Shown here: piece by piece, positions 1 through 11,604 of the stretch
How positions within the stretch are numbered: the stretch's first letter is position 1
Layout: each line of letters begins with the position of its first letter
DNA from: Candidatus Methanoperedenaceae archaeon
GTDB lineage: Archaea > Halobacteriota > Methanosarcinia > Methanosarcinales > Methanoperedenaceae
DNA: 64,000 nucleotides
Assembly (NCBI GenBank): GCA_963753595.1
Contig: CAVWCX010000018.1
Coordinates: forward strand, 1-64,000
Direction of reading: 5' to 3'
Position numbers and translations under genes: made by a program
The notes under the pieces: model-generated
Seen by the model: the letters and a program-made list of their open reading frames with translations, nothing else
Told to the model about the DNA's origin: nothing
The model's database searches: none

Positions 1-406
1 CAAGTTCATGTAAAGTCACAGCTTTCACCTGTGTATCAAATTTGTGGTGCGAAAGGTCAATTGGTACACCCGTTGCTTTCCCCTTCAAAGAAAAACCCTC
101 GCCTGTTTTCTCGATATTTTCAATCCTGAATTCACAGAATATGATCTCATCCACTTCAAACAGGTATAATAATTCGGATAGCCAGTCAACAAGAAGCATT
201 TTAATATCAGGTGATGTTAATTCGATCTCCCTTTCCTCGCTGGCCAACAGATTTGATGTATCTATCATCACATTGAACAGGGCAAGCGCAGCATTCCCGA
301 ATGCTTCTTCAAGTGTAAGGCCAAAAGCCCTGAACTTGGCATCTGCTATGTGGTACAGATATTCGTATTTTCCTTCATATTTTCCTTCGCTTTTCTCCCC
401 GGTCAT
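1..406 (-). CDS. Archease (3' end runs off the window)
   Basis: Manual translation from ATG 406: MTGEKSEGKYEGKYEYLYHIADAKFRAFGLTLEEAFGNAALALFNVM...LLVDWLSELLYLFEV...VKAVTLHEL, showing archease motifs. Absent from the ORF track because it is truncated. Confidence 0.88.
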   Translation of the reverse strand, partial: MTGEKSEGKYEGKYEYLYHIADAKFRAFGLTLEEAFGNAALALFNVMIDTSNLLASEEREIELTSPDIKMLLVDWLSELLYLFEVDEIIFCEFRIENIEKTGEGFSLKGKATGVPIDLSHHKFDTQVKAVTLHEL

Positions 407-705
407 CAGTCTTCGAATCCGATCCTCTTGATATCCTCAATTATCTCTTTTATCTTTTCAAGCTCGGTCTTGAACTCAGAATATGCATCTTTTGCAGATT
501 TTGTGGCAATTGCACCCTGCGTAGAAGGAGTGATCAAACCCTGCTGCTCAAGAACACGCAGGGAATATCTTACAAGGTGGTCCGGTATACCTGTTTCAAG
601 CGACAATTTCAATATTCCGATAGGTCCGCTATCTATCACTTTCTTTAAAATGACAAGATGCCTTTTTAACAATTCAAGTTCGTGGTGGACTCTTCGGGTT
701 AGCAT
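406..705 (-). CDS. Small winged helix-turn-helix protein
   Basis: GPIGILKLSLETGIPDHLVRYSLRVLEQQGLITPS wHTH pattern; stop overlaps the archease ATG (TGATG). Confidence 0.7.
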   Translation of the reverse strand: MLTRRVHHELELLKRHLVILKKVIDSGPIGILKLSLETGIPDHLVRYSLRVLEQQGLITPSTQGAIATKSAKDAYSEFKTELEKIKEIIEDIKRIGFED

Positions 706-817
706 GATCAGTATTTAGAGTTGTAACTATGAGCATATCTATTTTAGCATATAACTCCAAAAATAATGCAATGGAAAATACTATTCATGGAATAGAATTA
801 AAATAAATGAAAAAAGA

Positions 818-967
818 TTATTTCTTAAATTCGGTGTAACCGCATTTACCGCATGAATTGCGGTTCTTGTGTTCACCAAGAAATACTCCTGGTCCACATC
901 TTGGGCATGAGGGTTTTATCTTTTCTGCTTTATTTCCGCTGATTTTGTAGAATTTATTTACTGCCAT
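818..967 (-). CDS. rps27ae: 30S ribosomal protein S27ae
   Basis: Manual translation MAVNKFYKISGNKAEKIKPSCPRCGPGVFLGEHKNRNSCGKCGYTEFKK; canonical position after rps24e. Confidence 0.95.
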   Translation of the reverse strand: MAVNKFYKISGNKAEKIKPSCPRCGPGVFLGEHKNRNSCGKCGYTEFKK

Positions 968-981
968 TGAAATCCCTTCCT

Positions 982-1317
982 TTATTTGTCCTCAGGTTTA
1001 GGTTCGGCTGCTGCAGCAGGAGCTTGTTCCTGCCCTTCGACTACCTTGGGCGCATCCCTTGCAATAAGATGCTGGTGGGCAATTTGTTTCAGGCGTTCTT
1101 CTGTCTGGTAAAGAGACACTGTTCCGACCATTTCCTGCTTCCCATATATCGTATCGAGATGCTCAACCACGATCAATTCCGGTTTGGAATTGAGCAGCGC
1201 TGCAAGTTTGTTCTTTAATTCTATTCTCGTAGCTGTTGTTTTATTTTTTACAGCCACCGAAATCTCTCGTCTTTGTAACAAGGGATTTGTCTTATCTTTG
1301 ATAATTTGGATTTCCAT
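982..1317 (-). CDS. rps24e: 30S ribosomal protein S24e
   Basis: MEIQIIKDKTNPLLQRREI...TIYGKQE motif; operon context. Confidence 0.95.
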   Translation of the reverse strand: MEIQIIKDKTNPLLQRREISVAVKNKTTATRIELKNKLAALLNSKPELIVVEHLDTIYGKQEMVGTVSLYQTEERLKQIAHQHLIARDAPKVVEGQEQAPAAAAEPKPEDK

Positions 1318-1319
1318 TA

Positions 1320-1853
1320 TTATTTCTCCTTACATTTCATTCGATTAAGTAATAATTGTATTTCTTTCTTCTTGTCCTCGGTAACGCGGACAACTACCGC
1401 CCCTTTGTCAGGCAAACCATATATAATTACTGATGATATGGGGGCCATGGCGATCGCAGGTAGGGCTGCTAGGTCTTCTTCTCCACTGATGACGATCTGT
1501 ATGTGTTTATCGGACAACATAGCTGCCTGGATCTCATTCAATAGTTCTTCCGTTATTATTCCAGGAGGGCTTTCCACGGTTATTGTCCTGAAATGACCAT
1601 GCTTTGTTCCCTGCGTAATTTTATCGGAAACGGGGCTGCGTTTTGTCTTGTTATCGACAAATGATATATCGGGAATAAGGCCGGCGTTTAGAAGATTGAA
1701 TGTCACAATATCACCGACTGATATTACTTTATTACAATTTTCCAGATCCCTGATTATTTTCTTTGTAGTCTCGATCCCATCTCCAGGATATAACTCTCCA
1801 TGGAGTTTCCTTAGTTCATCCCTTAACTCGATAGGCAGGCAGTATCTTTTCAA
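1320..1853 (-). CDS. GTP-dependent dephospho-CoA kinase (DUF359 family)
   Basis: SVGDIVT, VDNKTKR, GEEDLAALPAI and YGLPDKG motifs; conserved position between spt4 and rps24e. Confidence 0.9.
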   Translation of the reverse strand: MKRYCLPIELRDELRKLHGELYPGDGIETTKKIIRDLENCNKVISVGDIVTFNLLNAGLIPDISFVDNKTKRSPVSDKITQGTKHGHFRTITVESPPGIITEELLNEIQAAMLSDKHIQIVISGEEDLAALPAIAMAPISSVIIYGLPDKGAVVVRVTEDKKKEIQLLLNRMKCKEK

Positions 1854-1854
1854 G

Positions 1855-2043
1855 TTACCTGACCTTCAACGCATATTCACCGGGTAATTTGACTCCAAGT
1901 CTTTTTGCGATCTGTGATTTTTCAGGATCAATTATTACCACATAACCGCTCCAATCGGAAGTAAGTGCCGTTGAATTGCAATATGAACAGACCTGGCTTT
2001 TTTTCACGATCCTGTGGCATTCCCTGCAAACATTATCCGCCAT
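1855..2043 (-). CDS. spt4: Transcription elongation factor Spt4 (RpoE'')
   Basis: CRECHRI...CSYC...WSGYVVIIDPEKSQIAKRLGVKLPGEYALKVR. Confidence 0.95.
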   Translation of the reverse strand: MADNVCRECHRIVKKSQVCSYCNSTALTSDWSGYVVIIDPEKSQIAKRLGVKLPGEYALKVR

Positions 2044-2664
2044 TTATTCTCCCTCAGGTTTTGGCGTGTCTTCCTTCTTCTTCTTTTTGGACTTTCCTTT
2101 GTCCTCGGTTTCTTCTCTGGGTTTTCGGGCTTCTTCGATCCAATCCATCTTGCCAAGGGCATGCTGGCGCATGGTGAGGCCGATCTTGCTGTCCCTGGGT
2201 TCGCGCTCATTCAGGCTCACAGCGATTATCCTTGCTCTGATACGGTCTCCCTCTGTGACTGAACGTCCGGATTCCTTTGTTATCAGGCGGGAATTTTTCT
2301 CATCATAAGTGACGAATTCATCAGTCAGCTGGCTTACATGAACAAGCCCGTCAAGAGGACCGATTCCTACAAATACCCCGAACTGGACTACTTCAACTAC
2401 ACTGCCTTCAATGATCTCCTGAAGTTCAGGCATGAAAGTCAATGCGTCAAAAACAACATCGTAATATACTCCTCCGTCCCCTGCAAGTATATGTCCTTCT
2501 CCAACTTCAATAATGTCCTTGACCGCAACAATCGCACCCATCCTTTTGTCAACCAGTCCTTCAAGTTTTTCCCGCAAAGCGATCTTTACCGCCTGCTCAA
2601 CTGGTTCGCCAAGTAATTCTGGTGCAATCCTCACCGTATCTGCTAATCTCATTTTCTTATACAT
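2044..2664 (-). CDS. rpoE: RNA polymerase subunit E' (Rpo7)
   Basis: S1 domain FGVFVGIGPLDGLVHVSQL; KIGLTMRQHALGKMDW. Confidence 0.96.
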   Translation of the reverse strand: MYKKMRLADTVRIAPELLGEPVEQAVKIALREKLEGLVDKRMGAIVAVKDIIEVGEGHILAGDGGVYYDVVFDALTFMPELQEIIEGSVVEVVQFGVFVGIGPLDGLVHVSQLTDEFVTYDEKNSRLITKESGRSVTEGDRIRARIIAVSLNEREPRDSKIGLTMRQHALGKMDWIEEARKPREETEDKGKSKKKKKEDTPKPEGE

Positions 2665-2685
2665 CTAAATCCTCTTAAAAAGGTA

Positions 2686-3054
2686 TTATATACTTAAACG
2701 AGTTCTATCTCGAAGATACACATTAGTAACTCCCTTACTACATAATCTTTTCTTTAATTCGGTATCATTGGTAAGAACTGCCGCGTCCATACCAACTGCC
2801 AGGTCTATTATGATATTATCGGCATACCCGTTCTTTTCAATTATGGTACACCTGTCCAATAAAGATAATGCTATTTTGGCAGCAGCCCTGTCCTTGCTGC
2901 GGCCGGTCGATGCGATTTTTTCAAGCTCTTTTACGGAGGCGCTTGGAACAATATATGAAAAAAATCCCAATTGCTGCAATTCGGAAAATATATCTATCCC
3001 GAATTGTCCCGGGATCATCAAACCATTTGTATCTATGATCACTTTCGATCTCAT
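2686..3054 (-). CDS. PIN-domain protein (Fcf1-like)
   Basis: VIIDTNGLM...SVKELEK...ADNII...[11 protein letters not shown]; canonical position between eIF2g and rpoE. Confidence 0.88.
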   Translation of the reverse strand: MRSKVIIDTNGLMIPGQFGIDIFSELQQLGFFSYIVPSASVKELEKIASTGRSKDRAAAKIALSLLDRCTIIEKNGYADNIIIDLAVGMDAAVLTNDTELKKRLCSKGVTNVYLRDRTRLSI

Positions 3055-4280
3055 TTATATTCTTTCAATACACCTGAACCGATAAGCCTCCAGCGCGCGC
3101 CTACACGCCGGCTGATCGCGATATGGGAACCTTTATCTGCGCATATTGGTCTTTTAAGCTTGACTTCTGCATCCATAGGCCTTGCGCTTGTGACGACTCC
3201 AATCGTCGTCGCGGTTCCCAGATTCAGCATTAAAGGCTCATTTGAACGTATTGGTTCAACTGTGGATTCATCATTTACCCCGACCACCCGTTCAAGAAGT
3301 TTTGTTTCCATTACAAAACCTTCAATTGTCGGAGGTAATTTTCCCGGAATACCTGCAACCTGCCCTACAAGCGCATCACTTTTTGTGATCGAGGGATCAA
3401 GTTTAGTGCCAATCCCTATAAGTCCTCCCGGTCTTGCTTCTTCAAGTTCCCCTTTCCCCGCGTGGATAGTTGTGATAACCGTTTTTATTGGGACCCATTT
3501 GACAGTTCCGCCAGTTTCGACTTTTCTGCCAGGCCTCATTTCAATTTCATCACCGGGCTGGAAAACACCACAATTCAAGGAACCGCCGATCGCCCCTCCT
3601 TTTAGATCTTCAGGAAGAGTACCAGGCCTGTTTATGTCGAAAGAACGTGCAACGAACATTAAAGGTGATTTTTTAACATCATGCTCCTGCGTAGGGATAT
3701 ATTTTTCAATAGCTTCGATGACCAGATCGATATTCGCGTTCTGCTGGGCAGAAACCGGTATTATCGGAGCATTTTCTGCAACTGTTCCTTTCACGAAAGC
3801 CTTTATCTGGTTAAAATTTTCAAGCACTTTCTCACGCGGGACAATGTCGATCTTGTTCTGGATAATAATAATGTTCTTTATCCCGAGAATATTCAATGCC
3901 ATCAGATGCTCTTTTGTCTGTGGCTGAGGACAATTTTCATTTGCTGCGATAACAAGAAGCGCGCCATCCATGAGCGCTGCGCCTGATAACATTGTCGCCA
4001 TCAGTGTTTCATGACCTGGTGAGTCCACAAATGATATCGAGCGAAGAACATCAGTTTTAGCCCCGCATTTATCACATACTTCTTTGACAGTAAAACTCTC
4101 TGGTTCCGCGCAGTCAGGACATTTCCTGAGTACTATATCCGCATAACCAAGCCGGATCGAAATACCTCGTTTTATCTCTTCGCTGTGCCGGTCAGTCCAC
4201 GTACCTGAAAGTGCCTTGACAAGAGTGGTCTTGCCGTGGTCTACATGTCCTACAATACCAATATTTACAACAGGTTGCAA
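3051..4280 (-). CDS. eif2g: Translation initiation factor 2 gamma subunit
   Basis: [28 protein letters not shown] and WRLIGSG motifs. Confidence 0.98.
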   Translation of the reverse strand: MQPVVNIGIVGHVDHGKTTLVKALSGTWTDRHSEEIKRGISIRLGYADIVLRKCPDCAEPESFTVKEVCDKCGAKTDVLRSISFVDSPGHETLMATMLSGAALMDGALLVIAANENCPQPQTKEHLMALNILGIKNIIIIQNKIDIVPREKVLENFNQIKAFVKGTVAENAPIIPVSAQQNANIDLVIEAIEKYIPTQEHDVKKSPLMFVARSFDINRPGTLPEDLKGGAIGGSLNCGVFQPGDEIEMRPGRKVETGGTVKWVPIKTVITTIHAGKGELEEARPGGLIGIGTKLDPSITKSDALVGQVAGIPGKLPPTIEGFVMETKLLERVVGVNDESTVEPIRSNEPLMLNLGTATTIGVVTSARPMDAEVKLKRPICADKGSHIAISRRVGARWRLIGSGVLKEYK

Positions 4281-4334
4281 TGAAATCCTCCGAAAATGAT
4301 GCTCCTACATTAGGCTCTTTGTATTTAATGGCTT

Positions 4335-4769
4335 TTACTTTAAAGTCCTTTCCATTTTCATCACTGTCTGCCTGCAAATATCATACTTATCACACTGTGC
4401 GCAATCATTCCAGATGATTTTTTTCTCGCTGTTTTGAAGCCTTTTAAATCCTTTCTTCTCAAAAAAAACAGGCGATGTGGTACGAAGATAAACAGTATCT
4501 GTCAAATCTGCCGCACGTTTTAAGATAGAATCTACAAGTTTTGAACCCACACCCCTGTTACGATAAGATGGAAGAATCGCTATTGAACGCAATTCCACTA
4601 TATCCCCCGGATCAAGACAGGCGCATCCTATTACCTTATTATTTGTTTGTGCAACTATGAATTCAGGCAGGTTTTTCTCAACATTTTCCGTGTCAAGATA
4701 ATAAAAAGAAAGGATCGTTCTTATATCCTTCAAATCTGCCTGTGTTGCCTTTCTGATGTCGATATCCAT
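4335..4769 (-). CDS. GNAT N-acetyltransferase (ArgA-like)
   Basis: VELRSIAILPSYRNRGVGSKLV; FFEKKGF; C-terminal KIIWNDCAQC...C. Confidence 0.85.
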   Translation of the reverse strand: MDIDIRKATQADLKDIRTILSFYYLDTENVEKNLPEFIVAQTNNKVIGCACLDPGDIVELRSIAILPSYRNRGVGSKLVDSILKRAADLTDTVYLRTTSPVFFEKKGFKRLQNSEKKIIWNDCAQCDKYDICRQTVMKMERTLK

Positions 4770-4788
4770 TCAGATTTAATTCTTGTTT

Positions 4789-5889
4789 TTACTTTCTCTT
4801 CTTTGGAACCTCAGGTAGATCAGTACTTTTAATTTTCTCGGCCTGTTTCAGGCTCTCTTCAGTCTCCCGGGCCATTTCCTTCTCAATGCTTTGAAGCTCC
4901 TGCCTGAGCTCCTCAGGTCTTGGGATCCTTCCAAGCACTTCATCTGCTGTACCAACGATCTTTTCCGTATCCATAGGAGAGCCGATTTCTTGTATCTTCT
5001 CAGAAGCTCCGAGGTATCTGGCAGTTTGTTCAAGCAATTTTGAGATTTCCATAGGGAAGATGATTTTGGTGGCCTGGCCATTTGCTACACTTTTCATCAT
5101 GTCCATAGTCAGGACGGTCAGCGCTTTTTTATCAAGAGGCACTGAACCAACTGAAATAATCCTGAGTCCCTGGGCTTCACCCTGGGCTCTCAATATCTGG
5201 GAAACCCGGTCACCTTCTGCCTCAAGTATCTTTGATTGTCTCGCACCTTCTGCATTCAATATCTTTGCCTGCTTGGAACCTTCTGCCTCAAGGATCGCGG
5301 CTTTTTTCTGGCCGTCCGCAATTAAAATTGCAGCCCTTCGCTTCCTTTCAGCTGAAGTCTGCTCTTCCATAGCACCTTTTACGGTGCCAACAGGATCAAC
5401 TTCCCTTATTTCAACAGCTTCGACTTTGACACCCCATGCGTCTGTAGAATGGTCAAGAATATCACGCAGTTTAGTGTTTATGAAATCACGGTTATAAAGG
5501 ATCTCATCAAGCTCCATGTCGCCCACTACGCTTCGAAGTGTGGTCTGGGCAAGTGATAATACAGCAACATGATAATTGACCACTTCAAAATATGCTTTAT
5601 TCGGATCTATGACCCTGATATAAACAATCGCATCAACATTTGTAGGAGAATTGTCTTTTGTGATAACTTCCTGGCGCGGGACATCAAGGACCTGCGTCCT
5701 CAGGTCAAGCCTTATGACATCGCTTATCAGCGGGAACACCCAGTTAAAACCCGGATTCAATCGTTTCTTGTACTGTCCCAGGACTATCCATAAAGCCTGT
5801 TCATAGGGCTGGATGATCGCAACCCCTGAAATAAACAGGATCAATATTGCTACCACGATAAATATCGCTATAAACATTTCAAGTGCCAT
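4789..5889 (-). CDS. SPFH/band-7 (stomatin-like) membrane protein
   Basis: N-terminal TM; QEVITKDN, AQTTLRSVVGDMELDE, WGVKVEAVEI; AEG coiled-coil repeats. Confidence 0.93.
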   Translation of the reverse strand: MALEMFIAIFIVVAILILFISGVAIIQPYEQALWIVLGQYKKRLNPGFNWVFPLISDVIRLDLRTQVLDVPRQEVITKDNSPTNVDAIVYIRVIDPNKAYFEVVNYHVAVLSLAQTTLRSVVGDMELDEILYNRDFINTKLRDILDHSTDAWGVKVEAVEIREVDPVGTVKGAMEEQTSAERKRRAAILIADGQKKAAILEAEGSKQAKILNAEGARQSKILEAEGDRVSQILRAQGEAQGLRIISVGSVPLDKKALTVLTMDMMKSVANGQATKIIFPMEISKLLEQTARYLGASEKIQEIGSPMDTEKIVGTADEVLGRIPRPEELRQELQSIEKEMARETEESLKQAEKIKSTDLPEVPKKRK

Positions 5890-5890
5890 T

Positions 5891-6331
5891 TTAAATCTCC
5901 TCTTTTACTTTTATATGAACTCCCTCGGAGCTTATTACAATTACTTTCTTTCCTTCTTCAATTTCGCTATCCCCTGTAGCGCTCCACATCTGGTTTTCAA
6001 TTTCGATTTTTCCTGATATTGATCCGGGATGAACTGTTTTCACGACCACTCCTTTCTTTCCAGCCAGGATATCCATACTTGTTGTCTGGGGTTTCTGTCC
6101 AGGAGCCATTTTCCGGTATAAACCGATCACGATAATACTTGAGACAAGTGCCGTTATAACAATTATCGCCGGTGCATAATTCTGCGCAACCTCAGGAATT
6201 AAAATAGTGACAATTCCAAGAACAATAAGTGTCGTTCCCGGTACAGCCACAAAAAAGCCTGGTTGTAATGCTTCCACGACTAAAAGCCCCAAGCCTATAA
6301 TTACCATTAACCAGCCAATATCCAATTCCAT
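5891..6331 (-). CDS. NfeD-family membrane protein (partner of SPFH)
   Basis: Three hydrophobic segments plus an OB-fold tail (GKKGVVVK...GKIEIENQMWSA); adjacent to the SPFH gene. Confidence 0.9.
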   Translation of the reverse strand: MELDIGWLMVIIGLGLLVVEALQPGFFVAVPGTTLIVLGIVTILIPEVAQNYAPAIIVITALVSSIIVIGLYRKMAPGQKPQTTSMDILAGKKGVVVKTVHPGSISGKIEIENQMWSATGDSEIEEGKKVIVISSEGVHIKVKEEI

Positions 6332-6396
6332 AGACTTTAAGATAGTTCTTATTAGTATATATTTGTTTATGAATATCTATGCAGAATACCGGAAAT

Positions 6397-7221
6397 TCAG
6401 GTTTCATCCTTCCGGTTTCGGTTTTTGGATGCCAGGTTGGCTATCCTGGCTGCAAAAGCGCCAGCCACAAAACCAGCATCAATATTAACAACCGCAAGAA
6501 CAGAACAGGACTGAAGCATAGATAACAATGCAGCATCACCCTTTCCGCCGGCGCCATATCCCGTTGATACCGGAACCCCGATCACCGGAACGTCAACTAA
6601 ACCCGATACTATAGCGGGAAGTGTTCCTTCCCGGCCGGCAGCAACAACTATCGCATCCACTCCAGCTCCTGCAAGTTTTGCCAGTTCAGGAAAAAGCCTG
6701 TGTATCCCTGCAACACCTACGTCATATATTGAAGTTACAGAACAACCCATCTCTTCTGCTATCACTTTTGCCTCTTCTGCTACCGGGATATCAGCCGTAC
6801 CGGCGGAAATAACACCTATTTTTCCCCCGGTTTTAGTTATTGATTCCCCCATGATCACTATCCTTGCTCGTTTTTCCCACCTGATCTTTGAATTCGTTTC
6901 TTTTGCCAATGATACCAATGAATTATAATTATCCTCACATGCACGGGTTATTATGGCACGCCCTTCATTTTTTAAATGAATCCGTGCAATAGATAATACA
7001 TCTTCACAGGTCTTGCAATCAGCGATTATGGCTTCAGGAATACCAACCCTTTTTTCACGGTGGACATCCACCCTTGCAATATCTGATAATAATTCGAAGT
7101 TGATAATACGAAGCTGCTTTTCCGCTTCGTCCAGACTTAAATCGTTATTTTTCAATTTTTTTAATATACCAGATATATCCATGCATTTGATAATGCTGAC
7201 ATATCCTTTATTTTTTTGCAT
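6397..7221 (-). CDS. larB: Nickel-pincer cofactor biosynthesis protein LarB (start probably 7182)
   Basis: SAGTADIPVAEEA, DVGVAGIHRL, VIGVPVSTGYG and VVNIDAGFVAG motifs. Confidence 0.9.
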   Translation of the reverse strand: MQKNKGYVSIIKCMDISGILKKLKNNDLSLDEAEKQLRIINFELLSDIARVDVHREKRVGIPEAIIADCKTCEDVLSIARIHLKNEGRAIITRACEDNYNSLVSLAKETNSKIRWEKRARIVIMGESITKTGGKIGVISAGTADIPVAEEAKVIAEEMGCSVTSIYDVGVAGIHRLFPELAKLAGAGVDAIVVAAGREGTLPAIVSGLVDVPVIGVPVSTGYGAGGKGDAALLSMLQSCSVLAVVNIDAGFVAGAFAARIANLASKNRNRKDET

Positions 7222-7309
7222 GCATCAAAATCATACATCAAAACTTATGATATGATACGCTAATCTGGTTATTGGAAATTTCAAGGGGATTTTACATCTG
7301 ACCGATCCA

Positions 7310-10009
7310 ATGCTAAACAAATATTATGCCATGGATATCAATTCTGTTCTTGGGTCCCTGGATACGTCAACCGAAGGACTTACTGGACAGGAAGTTGAAA
7401 CCCGTTTAAATAAGTATGGCCTGAATGAAATTATTGAAGAAAAAAAAGTATCACGCCTTGAAATGCTGCTATCCCAATTCAAGAGTTTCCTGATCATAAT
7501 ATTACTGGCGGCAGCTTTCGTGTCTGCAATGCTCGGTGAGATTGCAGATTCCATAATAATTTTGTTGATTGTCCTCCTCTCCGGTATCCTTGGTTTTTTC
7601 CAGGAATACAGGGCGGAAAAAGCGATAGATGCTTTAAAGCAGATGGCAGCCCCAACCGCACGGGTCGTAAGGGATGGCAGGGAATCAATAATACCAGCAG
7701 CAAAGATCGTGCCAGGAGATATTATCTTTCTCAAGACAGGTGACGGGATACCCGCCGATTCCCGTCTTATTGAAGCGATCAATCTGAAAATGGATGAGGC
7801 ATCACTTACCGGGGAATCGGTTCCTGTCCAGAAAAAAACAGATGCGCTAAAACAGGAACTCCCGACAGCTGATAGAAATAATATGGCTTATATGGGAACA
7901 TCTGTTTCATACGGAAGGGGAAAAGCAGTTGTTACTGCCACTGGCATGGAAACTGAACTTGGCAGGATCGCAGGGATGCTGGAAAAGATCGAACGGGAAA
8001 AAACCCCTTTGCAGGAAAGCCTGGACATTCTTGGGAAGTGGATCGGAATAATTACCCTTGTTGTCGTTGCAGTTGTTTCAATTCTCGGGATCTTAAGCGG
8101 ATTTGGAGTAATCGAAATGTTCATCTGGGGTGTCGCGCTGGCAGTTGCCGCTGTTCCTGAGGCACTTCCTGCTGTTGTTTCGGTGTGTCTTGCACTTGGA
8201 GTGCGAAGAATGGTAAAGCGGCATGCCCTGATCAGGAAACTTCCATCTGTTGAAACACTGGGCGCAACTACAGTGATTTGTTCAGATAAAACAGGAACGC
8301 TGACTCATGATGAAATGACTGTCACAGAGATATATGTTGATGGCAGAATGCTTGAAGTCAGCGGCGCCGGTTATGAACCGGAAGGGGATTTTCTTGAAGA
8401 AAAGCAGAAAATTGAGCCGGGAAAATACAATGATCTTAAAAATGTACTCCTGATAAGTGCCCTTTGCAATGATTCTGAACTTGTAAATGAAAAATCAGTA
8501 TGGCATATCAAAGGTGATCCGACTGAAGGAGCCCTTGCGGTTGCAGCTGCCAAGGCCGGGCTCCTTAAACAGGAAATTGAAAAAACGTATCGGCGAATAG
8601 ATGAGATCCCTTTTTCATCAGAGCGCAAAATGATGACAACTATATATGAAACACCTGTCGGGCTTTATGCATATTCAAAAGGCGCACCGGAAGTAATACT
8701 GAATTCATGCACCCGTATTTATCACAAAGGCTCTGTTGTTGATCTTGACAGGACCGGGAAAGAAAAGATCCATGATATTGTTAAAATGATGGCAAAAAAA
8801 GCGCTTCGTGTAATGGCTTTTTCATACAGGCATTTTGAGACCGACCAAATCAATGAAACTGAGAAAAATATGGTTTTTGCCGGTCTTGCCGGTATGATCG
8901 ATCCGCCAAGGGAAGAGGTAAAAGAGGCGATCGCAACATGCAAACAGGCTGGAATAAAGACAATTATGATCACAGGGGACCATGAAATCACAGGTTCTGC
9001 TATCGCCAGGGACCTGGGATTGCAAGAGGAGGGGGATATGGCGCTGACAGGCGCAAAACTTGATCATATGGATGATAAAGACCTTGAGAATATTATTGAA
9101 AAAGTCTCCTTATATGCAAGGGTAACACCTGCACATAAAATGCGAATAATTGACGCATTAAAAAAGAAAGGGCATGTTGTGGCAATGACGGGTGATGGTG
9201 TAAACGATGCGCCAGCCCTTAAGGCTGCGGATATTGGCATTTCCATGGGGATAACAGGAACGGCGGTCAGCAAAGAAGCATCAGATATGATACTTACAGA
9301 TGACAATTTTGCTTCCATTGTAGCTGCGATCGAGGAAGGAAGGAATATATACAAGAATATCAAGAATTTTGTATTATATGGGCTTGGATGCCATATCGGG
9401 GAGGTGCTTATTGTCCTTATTGCGATGCTTGCATGGCAAACACTTCCTCTTATCGCTATCCAGATACTCTGGATAAACCTGATCACTGATGGTCTTCCAC
9501 CCATGGCGCTTTCAGTTGAACCGCCGGATATTGGGCTAATGAGGCAGCCGCCCAGGAAGCAGGATGAAGGGATAATTACAAAACGAGTGATCCTTTATGC
9601 TTCTGGAGTGGGAACTTTGATAGCTTTGCAAGCTCTCTTTATTTTCAAGTGGACGCTTGATAATTCCGGAATTGTGAAAGCACAGACAATGGTTTTTACT
9701 TTGATCGTTATCTCAATGATGTTTAATGCCTTCAACTGGCGCTCTGAGAGGCTCAGTATTTTAAGCATTGGTCTTTTTTCAAACAGGACGCTTCTTTATG
9801 CAGTTGCAAGCACGATCTTGTTGCAGCTTCTGGTTATTTACACTCCTTCCCTGAATGGTCCTTTTAGCACAGTTCCCCTTGGTCTTGATGACTGGGGCGT
9901 AATATTGGCTCTTGCATCCACGACGCTGATCTTTGTTGAAGCATTAAAGTACATTGAATCATATTTTCAATTCAAATCCGATTATAGGATGCTCAAGCCC
10001 GAAGTTTGA
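7310..10009 (+). CDS. P-type IIA cation (Ca2+)-transporting ATPase
   Basis: [47 protein letters not shown]. Confidence 0.95.
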   Translation: MLNKYYAMDINSVLGSLDTSTEGLTGQEVETRLNKYGLNEIIEEKKVSRLEMLLSQFKSFLIIILLAAAFVSAMLGEIADSIIILLIVLLSGILGFFQEYRAEKAIDALKQMAAPTARVVRDGRESIIPAAKIVPGDIIFLKTGDGIPADSRLIEAINLKMDEASLTGESVPVQKKTDALKQELPTADRNNMAYMGTSVSYGRGKAVVTATGMETELGRIAGMLEKIEREKTPLQESLDILGKWIGIITLVVVAVVSILGILSGFGVIEMFIWGVALAVAAVPEALPAVVSVCLALGVRRMVKRHALIRKLPSVETLGATTVICSDKTGTLTHDEMTVTEIYVDGRMLEVSGAGYEPEGDFLEEKQKIEPGKYNDLKNVLLISALCNDSELVNEKSVWHIKGDPTEGALAVAAAKAGLLKQEIEKTYRRIDEIPFSSERKMMTTIYETPVGLYAYSKGAPEVILNSCTRIYHKGSVVDLDRTGKEKIHDIVKMMAKKALRVMAFSYRHFETDQINETEKNMVFAGLAGMIDPPREEVKEAIATCKQAGIKTIMITGDHEITGSAIARDLGLQEEGDMALTGAKLDHMDDKDLENIIEKVSLYARVTPAHKMRIIDALKKKGHVVAMTGDGVNDAPALKAADIGISMGITGTAVSKEASDMILTDDNFASIVAAIEEGRNIYKNIKNFVLYGLGCHIGEVLIVLIAMLAWQTLPLIAIQILWINLITDGLPPMALSVEPPDIGLMRQPPRKQDEGIITKRVILYASGVGTLIALQALFIFKWTLDNSGIVKAQTMVFTLIVISMMFNAFNWRSERLSILSIGLFSNRTLLYAVASTILLQLLVIYTPSLNGPFSTVPLGLDDWGVILALASTTLIFVEALKYIESYFQFKSDYRMLKPEV

Positions 10010-11557
10010 GATCACTTCAGGATGGATCTCACCGAATACTCCTGCTTTTTCACCGTTGATCAGGACATCAGCGCACCTTCCCTTAATGAATGCAGGGTCT
10101 TTTGACTCAATGACTGTGTATTCGATCCGTCTTTCCCTTAATACAGCATCAATGATCGCCTGTATCTCCGTAAAGTTAGCCTGCGGGTGTATCGCAACAC
10201 AGCCAAGGCGCTGGTAAGTCCCGCAATCAAGAACAACTTCTCCTGCCTCATAAATACGCTGTGGCAATTCACGATGTTTATTGATCGAAAGTATCTCAAG
10301 AAGGTTTGGCAATATCGTTGGGCGAACGATCGTATGGTCTTCGCTTATCGGATAAAGGATCCGGGTTATGCCCTGTGCTTTTTCCCTTCGCATCATGTCG
10401 AATTGCATTCTTTCATTGGTGAGGGTAAAAGGCATTACCTGCAGATACCCAAGACCTGTCATTATTTCATTTAATGTATCTCTTGACCTTGATATCGGGT
10501 GTGAGCTTCCGGTCGTGGAAGTTAATGGAAGCACTGGTTTTATTTTATCAAAACCATATGCTATTGCAATATCCTCTATCAGGTCGCAGTTATGAAGTAT
10601 ATCCGAGCGGTATGCCGGGACTGATACTTTAATAGAATTCCCCGAAACCTGCGTCCCATATCTAATCTTTTCCAGGCTCTTTATAATTTCTTCATTAGTA
10701 AGCTTGAAACCAAGAAGTTCCTCTACTTCATCATTTTTGAGTTCCATTATTCCTGGCGATAGATCTGGCGACTCAATTTTCCCATCGATCAGGACTGATT
10801 CGATCATTCCGCCGCGTTCTGCAAGTGAAGCAACAACGATATTTAATGCGATTGATACGGCAGGATCAAGACCTGTGACCTCGATAAAGAGATCGGTCGT
10901 ACTTTCGGTAACTTTTGTAAGTTCTCCATTAATTATTGGGGGGAATGAGAGAACATTACCTTTTGCGTCAAGAATAAGCGGATATTTTTCGAATTTTTCA
11001 AGAAGGTTTGCAAATTTGATGCCTTTGGGATGTTTCCCAAGGATATCACGCATCGATAGAGGCTCTGTGAAGTCAAGCGGCTTGAATTTGAAATCCGGGT
11101 CCTGTGCGATATATTTAAAAGGCGGTGTTAACTTTCCCATATCATGCACACCAATGGACACTTTTTTCCTGTTCCTGCCCACAGCCCAGTGCAATGATTC
11201 CTGAAGCGCCATAAGGGATTCAATGCTTCGTGAATTGAACCGCATTCCCCTGACAACAGCGCAGGCAAGATACGGACGTATATTTTTGATCTCACTATCT
11301 CTTGTTATTGATATCCCCGAAGGAGTTACATTGAATTCCCTGATACCTGTTTCAATATCCAGGAATCCCTTGATCGCCCTTGCAACGCCCTCTGTACTGT
11401 AAAGGTCAGGCCTGTTGGGGAAGAACTCGATATCAACATGGTCGTCCTCTATTCGTTCAATATCGCATCCCATCATTGGGATGCGTTTAATAACCGTATC
11501 TTTATCAAGACCCGAGAGCTCTTCCAGGTCATCATAATATAATGTAATAACAGGCAT
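9959..11557 (-). CDS. pheT: Phenylalanine-tRNA ligase beta subunit
   Basis: [46 protein letters not shown]. Confidence 0.97.
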   Translation of the reverse strand: MPVITLYYDDLEELSGLDKDTVIKRIPMMGCDIERIEDDHVDIEFFPNRPDLYSTEGVARAIKGFLDIETGIREFNVTPSGISITRDSEIKNIRPYLACAVVRGMRFNSRSIESLMALQESLHWAVGRNRKKVSIGVHDMGKLTPPFKYIAQDPDFKFKPLDFTEPLSMRDILGKHPKGIKFANLLEKFEKYPLILDAKGNVLSFPPIINGELTKVTESTTDLFIEVTGLDPAVSIALNIVVASLAERGGMIESVLIDGKIESPDLSPGIMELKNDEVEELLGFKLTNEEIIKSLEKIRYGTQVSGNSIKVSVPAYRSDILHNCDLIEDIAIAYGFDKIKPVLPLTSTTGSSHPISRSRDTLNEIMTGLGYLQVMPFTLTNERMQFDMMRREKAQGITRILYPISEDHTIVRPTILPNLLEILSINKHRELPQRIYEAGEVVLDCGTYQRLGCVAIHPQANFTEIQAIIDAVLRERRIEYTVIESKDPAFIKGRCADVLINGEKAGVFGEIHPEVISNFGLEHPIIGFELKI

Positions 11558-11604
11558 TTTAATCAGGCGAATAACGATTATAAGATATATTAATTATTCT
11601 GTTG

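Noticed and set aside
2971-3927. Long antisense ORFs (also 35564-36631 and many shorter track ORFs)
   Set aside because: Shadows of well-supported genes on the opposite strand.
9959-10009. 51-bp convergent overlap of the P-type ATPase and pheT
   Set aside because: Ordinary stop-codon drift at convergent 3' ends.
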